NCBI GenBank assembly: GCA_001871435.1
Contig: MNVC01000019.1
Span: forward strand, 218 to 64,217
Length of the DNA: 64,000 bases
Source of the DNA: Candidatus Magasanikbacteria bacterium CG1_02_32_51
GTDB lineage: Bacteria > Patescibacteriota > Patescibacteriia > Magasanikbacterales > UBA922
Reading direction: 5' to 3'
The notes below the pieces were generated by a model that did not search any database, was not told the origin of the DNA, and saw only the letters and a program-made list of their open reading frames with translations. The translations under genes and the position numbers were made by a program. Every line of letters begins with the position of its first letter. Position 1 is the stretch's first letter. Shown here one piece after another: positions 60,350-64,000 of this stretch.

Positions 60350-60585
60350 GATGTGCTGGAGTAGTTCTGGAGGGGTTCTACAATCTTCAACCAGTCTGTT
60401 GGAGGCCGGTACAAAGTGCAGAGATATATGCGACTTGCCTGTTATTCCTAACTGACAAAGGAGGTGGAGGGCAAGTTTGGCTCCCAGTTAATGACGCTTA
60501 TCTACGTCGGAGCCGGATAGGTCAAAGTTTGGGAAGACTTAGACCTTGATGTCATATTCTCTGCACTCTTCTTCCCACCATTTTA
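60350..60585 (+). ncRNA. candidate structured ncRNA of about 230 nt, class undetermined
   Basis: About 48% GC island in a 325-bp ORF-free gap. Long-range helix gugcagaga (60413-60421) / ucucugcac (60559-60567). ggaggccgg and ggagccggauagg motifs. The 3' end reads cccacca. Confidence 0.3.
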
Positions 60586-60592
60586 TTTGAAA

Positions 60593-61171
60593 TTATTTAG
60601 ACTCATTCAAACTAAGTTCATAAACTACTTTTTCAATCTTTTGAGCAGCCATTTTGGCTTGATCAAACTTGTTACGCAAATAACTGGTGAGATTAAATTC
60701 TATAAGTTCTCCTGTGATTTCTTGTGCCATGTTAGTACATTGTTTTACTTTTTTCATATCTTTCTGCGTAGCTGACTTGATAGCATAACGATACAATTCT
60801 CCAGGTACATCACAAAGTCCACCAATATAGCTACGTTCTGGAATTGTTATATCTGCAATTTTTCCTATTTTTCCAGTAGTCAAAAATTGATAAAACAAAT
60901 TAGCTTCAACATACTCTTCAAGACCAGCTTTGAAAGAACCTTCTTCTTCAACTTCTCTATATTTATAATATTTCTTCAAAAGATTTTCCAATAATTTTTT
61001 ACTATTAAGCAATTTCTCTTCAGCTTCCTTCATATTGTCCCTGTGCATGGCAAAAATAGCCCTTTTGGCATTGTACAAGGCGTCATCTGATGATTTTATT
61101 ACTTCTCTTCTTACCTCAGCATACTGAAGCAAATTTTTTTTTATACTATTCAAATATTTTTTGTCCATCAT
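60593..61171 (-). CDS. translin-family-like protein (hypothetical)
   Basis: All-helical 192 aa; YIGGLCDVPGELYRYAI resembles the translin GEL-containing signature. Confidence 0.35.
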   Translation of the reverse strand: MMDKKYLNSIKKNLLQYAEVRREVIKSSDDALYNAKRAIFAMHRDNMKEAEEKLLNSKKLLENLLKKYYKYREVEEEGSFKAGLEEYVEANLFYQFLTTGKIGKIADITIPERSYIGGLCDVPGELYRYAIKSATQKDMKKVKQCTNMAQEITGELIEFNLTSYLRNKFDQAKMAAQKIEKVVYELSLNESK

Positions 61172-61362
61172 AATTTCTAATTAAAATAAGTTAAATTAGC
61201 CTGAATAAATAATAATGGATAAATCTAAATTAAAGACTATTATTCACTAAGACATTATGTTATAATATCCCCGTAATATTTTCCGAGAAAAGTCACAGAA
61301 TAAGTCTTGACTTTTTTACTAAGGTATTATATCATATAAAACGTAATTTTCAACCTAAACAT

Positions 61363-61426
61363 GGTCCGGTAGCTCAAACAGGTAGATCCGTCGGCTGACG
61401 GACTATTAAGCTAAATGGTCGTTTGT
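61363..61426 (+). pseudogene. degenerate partial duplicate of the downstream tRNA-Lys, with an inserted GC tetraloop hairpin and no T-arm
   Basis: ggtccggtagctca and ttaagctaa.tggtcg are shared with the tRNA. The intervening stretch carries the hairpin ccgtc-ggct-gacgg. No GTTCGAA box. Confidence 0.4.
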
Positions 61427-61448
61427 AAAAAAATAAAATTAAAAACAT

Positions 61449-61521
61449 GGTCCGGTAGCTCAGCTGGTAGAGCAGTAGCCTTTTAAGCTAACGGTCGTGG
61501 GTTCGAACCCCACCCGGATCA
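61449..61521 (+). tRNA. tRNA-Lys (anticodon UUU)
   Basis: Folded by hand: acceptor GGUCCGG/CCGGAUC, D-arm GCUC-AGCUGGUA-GAGC, anticodon loop CUUUUAA, T-arm GUGGG-UUCGAAC-CCCAC, discriminator A. CCA is not encoded. Confidence 0.8.
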
Positions 61522-61645
61522 CAAAAAGAAACGTCCTTTAAAAAAGGATGTTTTATTTTGATAATTATTTACAATAACAACAGTTTGTCTTAATTTAGCT
61601 ATTTTGATATAATTAGATAGTCAAAAGTCCTTAAAGACAAAAAAT

Positions 61646-62275
61646 ATGATTGATATCAAAAAAGGTATTTATAAACACTACAAAGGCAAAGAATACAAGG
61701 TTTTGGGAATTGCCAAACTTGAAGAGACACTAGAAGATCTAGTACTTTATAAACCTTTGTATGAACAAAGTTTGTGTGATTATTGGGTTAGACCAATTAC
61801 CAATTTTTTGGAAGAAGTAGAAATAGATGGTAAAAAAATACCTAGATTTGAATTTGTTTCTGAAAAAATAGAAAGACCAAAAGTAGGTGTTGGCGTAATC
61901 ATAATAAAAGACGGAAAAGTTTTGCTTGGAAAAAGAATAGGTGCACATGGAGAAAATACATTTGCTTTTCCAGGTGGACATTTGGAATTTAATGAAAGCT
62001 GGGAAGATTGCGCCAAAAGAGAAACAACAGAAGAGGCTGGTATTGAAATTAATAACATAAGATTTTTTACAACAACAAATGATATTTTTGAAAAAGAAAA
62101 TAAACACTACAATACTATTTTTGTTTTAGCTGACTATATCTCTGGAAAACCTGAAGTAAAAGAACCTCACAAATGTCTTGGCTGGGATTGGTACAATTGG
62201 GACAATTTACCAACACCACTTTTCAAAACAATTGAAAATTTATTAAAAACAGGACTCAATCCTTTAAAAAAATAA
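61646..62275 (+). CDS. DUF1653-NUDIX hydrolase fusion protein
   Basis: N-terminal GIYKHYKGKEYKVLG...YWVRP (DUF1653-like). C-terminal Nudix box GGHLEFNESWEDCAKRETTEEAGI. Confidence 0.6.
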   Translation: MIDIKKGIYKHYKGKEYKVLGIAKLEETLEDLVLYKPLYEQSLCDYWVRPITNFLEEVEIDGKKIPRFEFVSEKIERPKVGVGVIIIKDGKVLLGKRIGAHGENTFAFPGGHLEFNESWEDCAKRETTEEAGIEINNIRFFTTTNDIFEKENKHYNTIFVLADYISGKPEVKEPHKCLGWDWYNWDNLPTPLFKTIENLLKTGLNPLKK

Positions 62276-62363
62276 AACAATTCAAAAATAAAAAAAACGG
62301 CTTCTCAGAAACCGTTTTTATTTTCAACTTAATCTGCTTATTCTGCTTACTTTGCTTAATCTG

Positions 62364-63155
62364 CTAGTTAAGATATTGTTGAATCATTTGTTCTACTTGA
62401 GCAAAAGGATATGCACCGTTGATAGCAGTCTTTTCACCATTTGGCCCAATCAAGACTGAATAAGGAGTGCCTTGTCCACCAGCAGCTTGACCATCTGCTT
62501 CGTCAGCTTGAATTTTTGAAGCAAAATCTTTGTTATTAAAACAAGTATTGAATTTAGTTAAATTTAGACCTACTTGCGTAGCAAATTTTGGTAACAAGGT
62601 TAAATCAAGACTATTGTTAGAATTGGTTGTCTTATAAAGTAAATCTGTATATTCCCAAAATTTACCTTGAGCACCAGCACATTCAAGAGCATTGGCTTCA
62701 GTACGGGCTTGACTATGTAAACCATCAAGAGGCATATTACGATATATCCAACGAACATTATCGCTATATTTTTCTATAACTTGCAACATTGTTTCATGAA
62801 ATCTTTTACAGAAAGGACATTCAGGATCAGAAAATTCTATAATAGTGATTTTTGCATCCTTATTTCCTCTAATATGATCAGTCTTTGTATCAACTGCTTT
62901 GACATTAATATTAGTTGGAGCACCATTATTAACATCAACCTTATTATTGTCATCAGTATTATTGGCAACAACAGTATTATCTTTGTTACCATTATTAGAC
63001 AAAGATCCTATATTTCCGCCTTTCAAAAAAAGACCCAATAAAATAAAAAATCCTATTGTACAAAGAAGCATAACACCACCAACCAAACCAAATAAAAAGG
63101 TTTGTTGCGGATTCATTACTTCAAAAATACTTTTTTGTGTTTTTTGTTCTTCCAT
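62364..63155 (-). CDS. membrane-anchored DsbA-like thiol:disulfide oxidoreductase
   Basis: N-terminal TM; thioredoxin-fold CPFC active site (FSDPECPFCKRF). Confidence 0.7.
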   Translation of the reverse strand: MEEQKTQKSIFEVMNPQQTFLFGLVGGVMLLCTIGFFILLGLFLKGGNIGSLSNNGNKDNTVVANNTDDNNKVDVNNGAPTNINVKAVDTKTDHIRGNKDAKITIIEFSDPECPFCKRFHETMLQVIEKYSDNVRWIYRNMPLDGLHSQARTEANALECAGAQGKFWEYTDLLYKTTNSNNSLDLTLLPKFATQVGLNLTKFNTCFNNKDFASKIQADEADGQAAGGQGTPYSVLIGPNGEKTAINGAYPFAQVEQMIQQYLN

Positions 63156-63326
63156 ATTTTGTTATAAGTTAAATAATAAATAAAATATAATTTTAAACTT
63201 TACTTAGTATAGCATACCACAAATAAATATACAACTGTGGAAACAATATTATTTTTACATGTTGACTAGAAGAAAATAATATAGTACCATAAAAGTATTA
63301 ATTTAGTAATAATAACTTGTCAACAT

Positions 63327-63911
63327 ATGGAAGAAATAACTTATCGTCCAAATCTGATTGGACAAACTGTACCTGACATGGAACTGGAAGCCTATAGCAA
63401 CAATGACATTGTCAAAATTAACCCAAGTAAAATGGGTGGAAAATGGTCTGTACTATTCTTTTATCCAGCTGATTTCACTTTTGTCTGTCCAACAGAGCTA
63501 GAAGACATGGCTGAAAATTATGAAACATTTAAATCTCTCAATACTGAAGTTTTGAGTATTAGTACTGACACTGTTTTTGTTCACAAAGCCTGGCATGATC
63601 ATTCTGAAGCTATCAAAAAAGTAAACTACCCGATGCTAGCCGATCCTACGACCAAATTATCCAAACTTCTTGGCGTTTACTTAGCAGAAGAAGGCCTTGA
63701 TTTACGTGCTACTTTTATTGTTGATCCAAAAGGTGTAATAAAATCTTATGAAATCAATGACAATAGTATTGGTAGAAACTCTGAAGAACTAATCAGAAAA
63801 CTACAAGCAGCCCAATTCGTAGCCGAGCATGGTGATAAGGTTTGTCCAGCAAAGTGGAAACCAGGAGCAGATACTTTGACACCAGGACTTGATTTAGTTG
63901 GAAAGATTTAA
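63327..63911 (+). CDS. ahpC: 2-Cys peroxiredoxin (AhpC/Prx1 type)
   Basis: FTFVCPTEL peroxidatic Cys motif and C-terminal resolving Cys (VCPAKWKPG). Confidence 0.9.
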   Translation: MEEITYRPNLIGQTVPDMELEAYSNNDIVKINPSKMGGKWSVLFFYPADFTFVCPTELEDMAENYETFKSLNTEVLSISTDTVFVHKAWHDHSEAIKKVNYPMLADPTTKLSKLLGVYLAEEGLDLRATFIVDPKGVIKSYEINDNSIGRNSEELIRKLQAAQFVAEHGDKVCPAKWKPGADTLTPGLDLVGKI

Positions 63912-63929
63912 AAAGACTAACCTATTGTT

Positions 63930-64000
63930 CTCCCCATATTAGGGGGAGTTAGAGGGGGTCCATCTTTGAGTAAAACGTTTTATTTTACTACAGACCCCTC
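63930..64000 (+). terminator. hairpin ctcccc-(g)atatta-ggggag after ahpC, then a second GC helix gagggggtc...gacccctc (a short-repeat family member)
   Basis: Inverted repeats read directly. The U-tract is weak, so terminator function is uncertain. ctacagaccc resembles the gggtctacagatc motif at 14816 and 43667. Confidence 0.35.

Noticed and set aside
60350-60585. Assigning the 230-nt GC-rich RNA to tmRNA, RNase P or SRP RNA
   Set aside because: No T-loop GGTTCGA or tag-peptide frame (tmRNA), no GGAAGGAAGCAGCC (SRP), no AAGUCCGG / ACAGARCCCGGCUUA pair (RNase P). It is left unclassified rather than forced.

Overview
This is a 64 kb window of a very AT-rich (about 28-30% GC), gene-dense bacterial genome read in the standard genetic code. 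Gene content and architecture look like a reduced, CPR-like (Parcubacteria/Microgenomates-style) lineage: short aminoacyl-tRNA synthetases, many domain fusions, and a high proportion of cell-wall genes. Most genes are housekeeping and many sit on the minus strand. The window includes five aaRS genes (gltX, serS, lysS, proS, metG), the mreB-mreC-mreD-mrdA morphogenesis block, and peptidoglycan stem-peptide genes (two tandem FemAB paralogs, a MurF with an N-terminal membrane domain, a MurE-like ligase, a DegT aminotransferase, an M23 peptidase). It also holds a complete F1Fo ATP synthase operon (atpZ-B-E-F-H-A-G-D-C), a candidate priA-def-fmt block and greA. Features worth a second look are listed below.
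- A six-gene complex-I/group-4-hydrogenase-like membrane module lies directly downstream of the ATP synthase operon. Its large subunit has lost all NiFe-ligating cysteines, its NuoB-like subunit keeps at most 2 of 4 Fe-S cysteines, and no ferredoxin-like subunit is present, so it appears redox-dead.
- A family of GC-rich structured repeat elements is embedded in the AT-rich background. Two 114-bp copies, about 98% identical, sit in inverted orientation at positions 64-177 and 7580-7693, and shortened or modular versions occur elsewhere. All share AT-rich leader flanks and sit in 5' leaders.
- A second short GC-rich hairpin motif (GATCYY, a CGCUUCGC-containing loop, then RRGAUC) sits immediately upstream of the start codons of ftsQ, serS, proS, atpA and atpH.
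- Two well-defined candidate ncRNA genes have their own promoter signals. One is a rod-like, 6S-like RNA with an intrinsic terminator; the other is a 230-nt GC-rich RNA of undetermined class. A third candidate is an 0.8 kb ORF-free stretch.
- A PriA homolog has lost its Walker A and Walker B motifs (candidate pseudo-helicase).
- A perfect 7-bp tandem repeat inside a GT2 glycosyltransferase gene is a candidate phase-variation switch.
- A 0.55 kb GC-rich, apparently horizontally acquired cassette carries an NTF2-like gene with its own consensus promoter.
- There are two different NUDIX fusions, and a tRNA-Lys preceded by a degenerate partial copy of itself.
No transposase, integrase, CRISPR array or rRNA was seen.
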